Positions 14,401 through 25,906 of a stretch of DNA of 64,000 bases are shown here, piece after piece. A program made the position numbers and the translations under genes. Origin of the DNA: Kudoa neothunni (lineage: Eukaryota > Animalia > Cnidaria); the NCBI GenBank assembly GCA_964304625.1, contig OZ199838.1:11882524-11946523 (forward strand), given 5' to 3'. The notes under the pieces were generated by a model that saw only the letters and a list, made by a program, of their open reading frames with translations, made no database searches and was not told the origin of the DNA. Numbering within the stretch: the first letter of the stretch is position 1; each line of letters begins with the position of its first letter.

Positions 14401-16874
14401 ACTCCGGTTGATTCGTTTAATTTTAATTCTCGTTAAACGAAAATTGGGTAAACATAAAAGAAGACATACACAAATTTCGAAGCTTAAAATAATTAAATAT
14501 TACTCCAGCATGCATTTCAAGGGAGTAAAAACAGCTTTCACAAAACATCAAAAATATTCATAATTGTCAAGTAAGTAAAATTTTAAATTTCCGAAATTCC
14601 TTGGGACTAAAAGTAGAGAAAAAGCTGGGAAAGTTACCAATTGATTTTGTCAAAAAATCGTTATAATTTCTGTGAAATATTAATCCAAACGAGCGAACTA
14701 TTTAGGTAAAAAATTTGCTCGATCGAATCTAGGATGGTTCCGAGGTCGTAAAAGTAAATCACACCTAGAAAGAATATGAAATACTTATAGCCTGCAGACA
14801 CTCGAAAAGACAGAACCAATGAATGGTTCACTCGACTTACAAAGTCAAGAAAACTTCACTCTAACTTAACACAGCAAATAATTAAGGTGAGGTCGCCTAA
14901 TTTTATAAGCAAAGCCAAGAAAAATATTAATTCTCTGAATACATTATCTTCTTCAGGTGAAACTATGCTTAACACTTAACTACTACTAAAATACATCGAA
15001 GCAAGCGAAAATTTGACAAGCCGAATAAAATATAATGTAAAACAGGAGATTCAAACAACGAAAATAAACACAAGTCAACGAAAACCTGTCAAAATAAGGC
15101 ATCTTAGCTATACATAAAGTATTAAAATTCACCAATGTTCATAAGAATCGTGTGACAATAAATTGATTAAAGTAGAGAGTTTCTTGAGATATTTATCCAA
15201 AGATAATCAGTTCAATCAAAATGGAAATAAATTATAAAGTTTAAAAAAATTGGCAGCTTCTTACTTCTACGAGTGACTTAATAAATACACCATTTTAAAT
15301 ATATTCATGTGTAAAACAAACAGAATTTGGGAGCAATCAAGCTTTAAAAAATAAACAAAGAAAAAAATATTCTCACTATAAAACCATTCGTTGTATTTAA
15401 CTCAATTTTTGTAGGTTGAGATATAATACAAACAAACATTGGAAAATTCATTTCACTTGGATAATCTCAAAAACACATTTATATTAAAAAAGTAATCCTA
15501 TCATCTGTATGGATTCAAAAAAGGACTATAAAAAGTTATATTCGCGCGCCGGTTAATTACCAATTATTTAATATCTACTATATAATTTTCGTTCGTATTC
15601 ATATTTAGCTCTTCTTCGGGTGTTAAAAATCCGTTATGAAACAAACGCCTTAACATACCAAGCATTGAAATAACTTCTTAACGCAACTTCTCATCCAATT
15701 GAGAGTAACTGTATAGAAATATGGTAATGAAAAAAACTATGAGCACGCCTCACACATAGTATAATTTAATTGTGATTTTATGGATAAAAAATGTATTCAC
15801 ACTTAGATACATAGATTTTTAGATACTTTGATGACTACTAATTACACCTACATCTTACTGTGCCAACAGTTTCAATGAAGACATTATTAATTAATGATGA
15901 GCTGAAATTGTTACATGTTTAGGGTCGATTCCTAGAAATCGACAATCATCGTCTGATATAAACCGAAGTATTTCCATCGCACGTTCCGGAGTGAGAATTG
16001 TTTTTTTGTCGGCATTATCGGTACCGCTGATAGCTGCCTCCTTAGCTTTTTTACTATTTTCAGGTTCAATAAAAAATTCCAGTCCCACTCTTTTAATTTT
16101 TGGTTGATATCTACCACATCCACTTGCACTCTTCAAAATCAACCAATAACACAATCAACAACTGACACACGCAAGTAACAATATTACAGTCATGGTTTCA
16201 TCATTTTCGTCTCCATCGTAGTCTTGTAGTGTTGCACAACATCGTTTATTCTTACACAAATCATACACCGCATTAAAAACCGCTGCTGGATTTTTGGTTT
16301 TACGATTGAGAGAAACCAGTGTGGGATGATTCTACAACACACACACAAAAATCACCTCAGTCATCAGTCGACCGATTAAACTACTTTATCAACCAACAGC
16401 TTTGAACAGTAGAAACACACACATCGGAGGAGTTTGGCCAAGGTTGCCATGTAGTTGATATGATAGACCGGCCTGGCCAATTCGATATGACCAAAATGAC
16501 CAGGACAGGTCGAGAGTGTACCACCACATGTCAAACATTTCATATTTTTTTCGCTCGGTCCCTGCCTAGGATCGAGCAACCCATTCACTTTTGGATGACC
16601 CCCCTCCATCGTCTCAGGATAAATGATACCACCTTCTGTGGTGGACATTGCCTTCTAAACACAACATATTTAGCTTAATCAATGTGGGAATAGATTAACA
16701 AGTTTAAAGCGCCCGGTTAAAGTTTAACATCACCAACTGTTATGATACAACCAAACTCAATATTCTACCAGCAATACAATTATATATGAAACTAACAATG
16801 GTTTCTGGGCTTAGAATCCCAAAGTGAATTCTTTTTATCTTCCTTAATGGCGCATCAACCTCCGGTTTGTTCAT
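8414..16874 (-). CDS. POLR2A: DNA-directed RNA polymerase II largest subunit (RPB1)
   Basis: Exons 16874-16797, 16654-16385, 16331-16188, 16130-15915 and 13306-8414, all GT-AG and in frame (about 1866 aa). Motifs: [12 protein letters not shown]...[32 protein letters not shown], catalytic [37 protein letters not shown]. Ser/Pro/Tyr-rich C-terminal tail. Confidence 0.98.
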
Positions 16875-16992
16875 TATCAGTTGGTTGATGTTGGAGGCGA
16901 TGTGTCGCGTGATACTACTTTGACTTGTTGCGCGCGCATATATTCGAGTTTTTATTTAAGCATTAAATATAACATAATTCGACACAAACAGT

Positions 16993-17977
16993 TCAAATTG
17001 AAATGGCTGCAAATATTTTCACCGGTAATAGTGAATGTGTGAAGCCGGTCTGAGTTTCACATTTGACTATGTGTAAACGCGCATGCGCAAATATCGCTTT
17101 CAAACGGGGTTTTGTTCTTGAAACAGACGTATCCTCGGTGTGTATTGTTGCATCATTATCTGAAGATACATTGTCTTTGATTACAATAACACCTTTGGGT
17201 TTGAGTGAATCCCGACATCTCAGTAGAAATGAAATGAGTTCCTCTAGATAAGATATTTATATTAACTTTAAAATAGTTGAATAAGTGGATTTTAATCTTT
17301 GAATTCAGAGATTAAAATACCCAGATAGATGTGAATATTAATTACCATCAGTCAGATAACCGATCACCCATTGTATCCAGATAAGGTCGTATGTATTGGG
17401 TTGGGGGTTAAAATCTTGCAAACGTGAACAGAAAACTTGATTTATTCGTTTTGGATTCTATGTTGTTTTTAATGAGTCCAAGTCAAATTTTCAAATAATA
17501 GTTACAATATCTGATTGGGCTTGGTCGAGAAATTTCTGGGTTAAATCAACCAAATCCACTTTTTGAAATCGCCTCAATAAAACCTTTTGAGATACTCTTC
17601 CAATCCCACAACCACAATCTAAAGATTTATATTGATGTTTTGGTGGTATTTGAGACTATTAACACATTGATTTTAAGCTACCCAGTGCTAGGTTAAAATT
17701 AATTAGAAACTTTGATCCCTATATATTTCGTGTGAAAATTTTCATTCAGTTCATTTTCGATTAATACATACAATCACTCTTTCCAGAAACGCATTTGATT
17801 GTTTAACATCGGCAGCACAAAGATAACCAAATCCTCCCATCATTCCATCAATTGTAGGCTCTGTTGACTAGGTTATCGAAAAATGAAATTCGATTAATAA
17901 TAGAGACATATTTAGGTGGGTACTTCGTAAAAGTCAACAACTTTCTCATGAGAAATGTGCTCCACATTCTCATTCAT
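16993..17977 (-). CDS. NTMT1: N-terminal Xaa-Pro-Lys N-methyltransferase (NTMT1/METTL11A/Tae1)
   Basis: The spliced translation gives PTIDGMMGGFG, the SAM motif LDCGCGIGRVS, VDLVD, YDLIWIQWVIGYLTD, GVIVIKDNV, EDTSVSR and LLPVKIFA, all hallmark NTMT1 blocks. Short GT-AG introns. Confidence 0.93.
17078..17089. promoter_or_regulatory. NRF1/Ewg-type palindrome CGCGCATGCGCA, candidate RPB1 promoter element inside the last NTMT1 exon
   Basis: Perfect GCGCATGCGC core at 17079-17088, about 200 bp upstream of the RPB1 ATG. A second palindrome, TGCGCGCGCA, lies at 16929-16938. Confidence 0.4.
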
Positions 17978-18504
17978 TTTGTGTAAGAGCGTGCGCAAAA
18001 ATAACCCTCTATTTAATCTGTGTCACGCTTAACCAAACAAACGTCGTTTTATATTTTATTAAATATATGTGATTTTTTAACATTATCTAGATGAGATATA
18101 TAATTTAGTGGTATCTTTTTGACTAAAACATTGCATTGCTATAAAATAATCCTGCCATATAATTTGTGCACATGAGGTCATTGGGGTCCATAAGTTTTTT
18201 ATATTTTTAGTCCCCTCATAAATTTATATATCGGCTTATTGTATGGTTAATCAAAGTGATTATTTTTAAAAATACCAGGGAAGGTAAGGATTTCTAAAAT
18301 TTTTGATACACTCATTTCAAGTTTATTTCAAAATCAATTTTGATGTAATAGACAGTGTGAGGTTTAACTACTTCCTAGAAAATGTTCTGAATTATAATGT
18401 GTAATTGTTTAATTATATTATCGTTAAGTAAATCAATGTGTATTCCGATTCATGAAAAAATTTCTTTCGCGGTTTTTAAAGCCCTCTAACCTCAGTTTGT
18501 AACA

Positions 18505-20267
18505 CAGTAGTTAACCGATTTTCGGTAACATCAGACTTTCTTCCCTTAAAATATTATTTTAATATTTTAAACCATGATTTTATTTGATTTAGTTTTGTTT
18601 TGTTTGTAGATTTTAATAATAATTTACAAAAATTTAAAAATTTGAACACTGGAAAGTGATTTTTTCCTATTATTAGCGCTTAACCGATTTTCCGTAACTT
18701 TTTAGCTATAGGCGGATTTAGTGGTGTGCCTTTTTTTACATTGATGCCTGGAAAAGTTAAAAATGGGAAATAATAAAACTAAAATATAAATTTATTGATT
18801 TTTTAAAAGTATACTAAACAGGAGTGCAAAAATTTTACTTTTCGTAAATTTAAGCTCCCTGCTATTTCTACTCTAGATCTCATTTTGATTGGGAAGCAAG
18901 ATGTAGTTTTATCTTATAAACTGGCTTGCCTTCTTCAGAGGGAAAAAATTTGAAACACTGTTCTAATCACAACATCGATACTTTAGTATATTACTGGGTG
19001 AATTACTTGAGAGAAAAGAAATTGAATTATCTGCTCATGATATCATGCATGAAAGAAACCAATTGACAAAAGAATTGAACCTAAGCGTAGTAATGACCTA
19101 TGATTAATTTCTTGGTTTTAAATCACGATGGAATTTAAAAATTTCACTACCCATGGTGATGCTGTTTGTGTTGACTAAAGTTTTGTAGAAAATTGGTAAT
19201 CTAAATTGAATGACTAAATCAAAGGTAACAACGATTATTGTATCTATAACCTTGACGAAACTGCACTATTTTACTAACAATATAGAGGTTCATTATTTTT
19301 AATACTATGTTTTGTCGAGAGAAAAAAATATAAAAAATAGTTTCTGTTTTGCGGTATGCATCTATGTCTGGAAGTTGCATTGAATCTCTTGTGATTAGAA
19401 ACCACAAAAACCACGTTGAAAAAAAATGCTACAACATTTATAGTAAATACAAATCAAACAGTAAAGAATGGATGACTAGGGAAACATTTAACAAATATCT
19501 TTCTAATTTTGACAATGTATTCAAAACGAAGTACAAGAAAGTTTACTACTTTTTAATAATGCCACTTGCCACGCCGAAATTCATTTGTCCAATACCTCTC
19601 TTATATTCCTTACAAAAAATTCAACTAGCATTTTGCGACTAATAGACCATGGAATCATTTTCTCATTCAAACCAAATTACAAAAATAATTTAATAGAAAG
19701 TCACATTGCTGCAGTTAGCAATGATATAAATACATCCCTCCCAAGATTCGCTTAAAACATTGTTCCTAATTAAAAAATCGTGGGACGGTGTTTCAAAGGA
19801 TATTGTATTCAATTGTTTCAGAAAATATGGGTTTCCTGAAGCCAATGAATGCGAGCGTTCATCAAATATTAACTTTAGCAATAAAGAATTCTCGGCTGGA
19901 AATTCCGAGATTATTCAAGAGGAAGTCGTTATGCCTATATCAAAACACTTTTACGAGCTTACTCCTTTGATCGTTGAATCTGCTAACTTTGAAACTGAAG
20001 ATGAACGAATGGTAGAATTTATATCGTCAAAAGATTCATTTAAATGTTTAAACATGCAGAAGAAATATACGACGGAGAGGAATTGATTATCTGGACGAAA
20101 TAATGAGTTAACATCATAAAATTACGACATACACATTTAAAAATATAATTACAAATAACATATTGTTTCAATAAAAGTAGATCATTGTATAAATGAAATT
20201 AATTTCTTTAAAATAGATTTTTTATTTGTGCGCACGAGGGAAGTTACGGAAAATCGGTTACCTACTG
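18505..20267 (+). mobile_element. pogo/Tigger-family (Tc1/mariner superfamily) transposon, decayed
   Basis: TIRs CAGTAGTTAACCGATTTTCGGTAAC and the reverse complement of the right end, CAGTAGGTAACCGATTTTCCGTAAC, match 23/25; TA follows the right end. Transposase remnants: YKSNSKEWMTRETFNKYL, NNATCH, DHGIIFSFK, SWDGVSKDIVFNCFRKYGF. Confidence 0.92.
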
Positions 20268-20408
20268 TATAAAGGGTTTTATTTGAAATTATCATAATTA
20301 ATTCCACAACATGATTAACATAATGTTGATTTTACTGATTTGTAAAGTATAAGATGTAGACGTGATTATTTCGACCACTTATTTTTTAGGAAATTTTAAT
20401 ATTGTATT

Positions 20409-20436
20409 TATCTATCTATCTATCTATCTATCTATC
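20409..20436. repeat. (ATCT)n microsatellite
   Basis: About 7 tandem ATCT/TATC units. Confidence 0.9.
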
Positions 20437-21694
20437 AATAATAATTCAAATCGTCTAATTGATTTGTTATTTTTTTGCTTTTAAATTGTAAATTATTATT
20501 TAAAAATTTTATTAAGTTAATATGGGTTCGTTCTTTTTAGTAATTTCAATTATTAAATGCGATAAAAATTCGTCAATTTATTTCACGAATTTTAATTATC
20601 AGTTTATATTTTAACTTTTTCCATTTAATTTTTTCTCCGAGGTAACTCTCTGTCACAACTTGTCAGGTTGTGGAGTTCTCACTCATTTAGGGGCGCGCCA
20701 TCAATGCTTTAGGCACCACAACGAGTAACTTCTTATTCCTTGGTATTACTTCTCTGTGATGATGTGAGTGTGTAATCTACACAGCATCCTCGACTCGAGA
20801 TGGCCATCATCCAAAATCTTATCGCTTGAAAGAATCCCGCTCTGAGACTTGCAAAACTATTGATTTCCCAATACAGGCTTCTCGATCGGTGATCCGATAC
20901 TCATACCTTGAGCCAACGAAAAATTTGTACGGCCGAGCATATTTCGTACGTAATGCGCAGATTCTACGTAATTGCAATCTCTCGAAAATATCACATGTGT
21001 GATTTGTACGCAATCAAAACTAAAATAAATTATTAAAATAAAATCTTTAGTTGGTCTAAAATAACAAACTATACATTATTTATTTATGGAAGGATAACCA
21101 AATTATCAAATATTTTGAAATGGATAGAATTCTTAACAACTATATTATATATTTTTTATTATAACAAAAAATAAGTAAGAATTAAATTGTAATTAGCTTC
21201 TAAATTAAGTATTTTAGTATTTAATGTTGATCTACTTTCGATTTTTATATCTCAAATAAAAATCAGGTTTCATTAAAAAATTATATAACCTAAAACTAAA
21301 CATTAAAGATGGAGTCATATATTTATTTCTCTTTAAATTTCGTAATTTATAATTAAAACAAAAAACACCAATTTCAAAATATGTGCTTGCGCATCAATTC
21401 CACATAGAAAATTCCGGCAAAAATATTAAATACCTCATCAATTTATAAATTATGATTTATGCATATCTTTACATATAAAGAGATTTAATTTGACTCAGTG
21501 ATTTTCCAAAAAATACAAGAAAAAAGTCAAAACATTTAATTTATAATCAATTTATTTAATTTAATTTACATTAGTTTTATCATGGAAGTATATTGTTTTT
21601 TTGTATAATTTAAATTGAAATATTCTACTTGCCTTAAATAAAACATTTTTATAATTTCATATTTGAGAGGAAATGCCGAGTTGTTCTAATAAAT

Positions 21695-22405
21695 CAATGT
21701 TTCCCAATGTGGGCCCTGAAAAATTTTGGCGGCGTAGAAATTTTTAAACGTTTAATGAACCGCTCTGGTGGGATGCGGAAAATCCTAAGTATTGGTGTGA
21801 CACGGATAATGGTGGAATAATTGGGCAATATGGTGTACTTTGAAGTCAATATCGCCTATTTTTAAGTGACGATTAACATCACGAAAAAACAAAAAGCAAT
21901 GACCAATTATATAAAAATTAATAATAATAATATTTAACGTGTCTTTCACCCAAATAGAATCAGAATGGTTTGATCTTATTTTTTACTCATTTTTACTCAT
22001 TTTGAATCGTATAATCCTTTTTTATTAAACCCAATATAATACTGATTATTTTTGTATTTATGTTATTTAGTTTCCCCTTTATTAGCCCCCTATACACGAA
22101 AGTTTTTCCTAATAAAGGTTGGATTACTACAAATTTCGTGTGGCGCTATTTTTAGAGGGATGAAGAATTGAAGATGTTAATTTCTAAGGTCCATCGATAA
22201 ATTAAGTCAGATCTGATCGAATACATTTGAATTTAAATGAGAAAAGAAGTGTCTATTAATTTCGTTCTAATTTTAATGTGATAGGGAGCTATATTTAATA
22301 TTATAAACAGTTTAAGTTAAAATAATCAATAATTTTGCAAAAGCTGTGCACGGAACTTTTTTCCAAGAAAAAGTGGGACGCGACAGAAAAAAGATTGGGA
22401 AACTG
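21695..22405. mobile_element. Non-autonomous hAT (Buster-type) MITE
   Basis: Ends are CAATGTTTCCCAAT and ATTGGGAAACTG. The 8-bp TSD TAATAAAT/TCATAAAT fits nnnTAnnn. A related copy lies at 54492-55070. Confidence 0.8.
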
Positions 22406-23162
22406 TCATAAATGATAGTGGGTGCAGATACTATAATGAATCAAGAAACGCTGCTTCAAAAGTAGGAGACAATTTTGAGGTATTTAACAAAAACATTTTA
22501 ATCCAATAATACATATATAAAAATATGTTTATTAAAATTAAACTAAAAATAAATTAAGAAAGTTATAACATTAGAAGGCTAAAGGGGATGTTTTTAAATA
22601 ATTCACCATATTTAAAATTTTTTGAAATGGATTTAACAATAATATCCGCAATCCAAAAAAATATCTAAATTCATCTGTAATCGTAAATAAGTGGAAGATT
22701 ATCATGTTTTGCATTTGGACGCGCACGCAGTCTAAAGGAACACATTATCGCCCCTTGAAAAATAGTGTTACAATTATCGACTAAAAATTACTTTATTTAC
22801 TATCCATGCTTTAAATTTCCTTTTTGTCGATAGTAATAGCAACTTACACGCATTCTCTAACGGCATTCAGAATTTTCTATTTATCGAAACATGTTTACTA
22901 GATCCGCAGTGAAAAAAACCTGCATTTATGTAAAAATTATTTAGATATAAAAATGTACTAATTGCACCATGCATCTGAACTTAGAACGAAATTTATTCGC
23001 GCCAATTTTAATCTAATCTAATCTAACTGCTTGTATAACGAAATAAAGCGAATATTTCTCAAATATATTAACTTATAACATGCAATCAAGTGAACTACAT
23101 GCAAAAACTCTCCAATGTGAATGAGGAATGAGAAAAAAACTGGACAAAATTATCTATACCTA

Positions 23163-23973
23163 TTATAAATCGAAGTTCTAAAATACAGGTTGAATCAAAA
23201 AACTAAAGCACCATTAAAAACCTTTTTGACAATATTAACAAGATTATTAAAAGCAACATCTTTATCGTCGTTGATAATCACGTGGTCGAAAAATTCAATA
23301 TTATCCCCAAGGTTGAAATCTTTTCGAGCACGCTCCATTCTTTTAGCAGTGATTCGGGCGTTTCGCTACCTCTGCCATGTAATCGTGTTTCCTAATGTAG
23401 GTCGTAAAAAACTTACAATTTCACTAAACATACTAATGTTTCTATGGAAGACGGACGCACAAACAGAAACAAACCTTCAATATGTTTTTCTTTCAATTGA
23501 GCTACGCCCTAGGATTGATTTATTGATTAGCAAATGAAAAAGTTGTAGATTTATGTGACATGAATCAATACATGAGATTCTATATCGAGTATACAAATTT
23601 TCCCAGATTTCACGATAGATTTGTAAGCATCTATACTACAAAAGTGATAAAAATTAGCCAATTAGAAATTGCTAGCGACCTACCTAGTTCCATAGCTATG
23701 AGATCCGAAGTGGCATGTTCTAGGAATCCTCCTCTCTCGACTTTTGATTGGAATTTTTTTTCATTCACGAAATAATAATGAACTCCTTCTTTTTCTTCAT
23801 GTCTAGCAGCTCTTGTTTGTATCTAAAAATATGCACGAATAGTTGGCATTAACGACAGAAAGTAATCTACGCGAAACACACAACGCGAACCTCCCTGGAA
23901 ATTTTCCTTGGAGCATTTTTATCAGAGTTGATTTACCGGAACCACTTGGCCCGCTAATAACCAACAGAGACAT
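23163..23973 (-). pseudogene. GUK1: Guanylate kinase gene with three single-base frameshifts (pseudogene or assembly error)
   Basis: MSLLVISGPSGSGKSTL (P-loop), TR..R..EKEGVHYYFV, FLEHA..YGT, GKICILDIE, FVRPSSIETL, RLHGRGSET, FDHVIINDD. Intact GT-AG introns, but indels near 23817, 23708 and 23343. Confidence 0.9.
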
Positions 23974-25906
23974 TATATTCTATCAAAACCGATGTCAACT
24001 AGTTCAGCTCACTCCAAATAAGATTATTGGATGTCACTTATCACGTGGCATTACAACACCCATAGGTTTGGGTTACACCTTGATTGATTGGTGTCGTAGA
24101 GTTGTGGATTCCTCAATAGAATCAATGATGGGTGATTAGAATTTTAGTGCGTTATATATGCGAACAGTGTGTAACGTAATTGGAAAGAGTGTAATGAATT
24201 CGTTGATTAAAAGGGGGGGGGGGATAGCTTAACTGTGGCTAGATCATCGAAAATATTGATGTGATTTTTGCGAATTTCTCACCTACTCATAAATGAGAAT
24301 CGTTTCTTATCGAAAAAATAATCCCAAAGCATTTTTAAGTAGTAAGCAAATTGGGAAAGCCGATGAGATTACCCAGAGCATTGTAGATTGGTAGGTGCGA
24401 GCTGTTAGAATTAATATAGACTACTTTTATAACTAGTTTACCTCAAAATGGTTTAAATCTACCAGTAGTCCGTTTGTTCGGTAACTTAGTCATTTAATCT
24501 CTTTTGAGAAGTGATGTTAATCAACAAGTCGTTATCACCCTAAGAACTTTGATGTTTTGATTGTTTTTGATCATAAATTCGTCCAACTCCGTAGTGTGGG
24601 GAAATTTTTATTTTAGAAGCACTTTAAATAGATTTTAACCCTAAGAATAATCTACAACTTTATACGAATATAAATCCACTGTTATCTCGTCTGTAGCCGT
24701 TCTATTTTATAATTTGAGTTAGTTATGTTAAATCTTTGAATTAATCCTTCGTGAACAGTTTCGATTTAATGTAGTTAATATCATTATTAAACAACCAGCC
24801 TACACGTTTCTAATAACAATTCACAACAACTAAATTAGCTATGATTTCTTTCTCTGGCTATTAATTTTTATAGGAAGTGTCTATTGGTCCGACAGATTAG
24901 CATCGCATGCTATTTAAATTTACTTTAAGTTGATATAAAATTACATTTAATATTTAAACAGAATTTTAACGACAAATATATCTATCAATTAAGTTTAATT
25001 AAAGAGAATACTCAGAAATATATTTAGACACGGATAGAATCGAGATTTTCATTATTAGACTTGTGAAAAATGCTACTCTTACATAAACTAACATATTTAT
25101 GAACTTTTAGATTAATAAGGCTTATGTTTTCTATAGAATTATTTACATCGTATTTATATATTCCAATGACTTAACTATGTGTTATATTTACCCCCAAAAT
25201 GCATCTAAAAATAATAATGTTGAGATATATTTGATTCTATTTGGGTCAATAATTAATAATTATTTATGTAAGTTTGATAATTTACTGATATTCAATTTCG
25301 AAAGATTGATTCGTGCTATTAAGTTAGTTTACATAGTGCATAACAAACAAAAGTTCATTTAATTAAGCGGTAAGGCAATTTAACAAAATTTATCCCGAAA
25401 TATTATTCCAATTATGCTTGCTTTTTAAATAAATTAAATTTTGACGCTATTTCGAATGAGTAAGTAAATATCTCTGCCCGAGTTCGAAAATATATTAACT
25501 ATATTGGTATATTCTTAAATATGAAACTTATTTAATGTTGATTACTTATGACATCACAATCAACGCCATCATGGTTTTAAATATATAGCATCATTATAGA
25601 AGCTGATTTAGATTATAGAATTTAATTTCAACAACGAAACTTTCAATAAATCGACCTTATAATAACCAACGATGCTTACAAATGAAATAATATTTATTCG
25701 ATTATTCGCGTGATTAAAAATATTAAAAATATAATTCAGCACTATTCGTATTTGCAATACAAAAGTTTTGTATCCGGAAAAATCGTAAATAATTTCGAAA
25801 ATAATTCGAATAAGACTATTCTTTTGTTGGTGAAATATTTTCTTTTAAGTTTACAACTTTCATTCTTTTATTTGTTCTTGAATAACTTTTTACATCCATT
25901 GCAACA

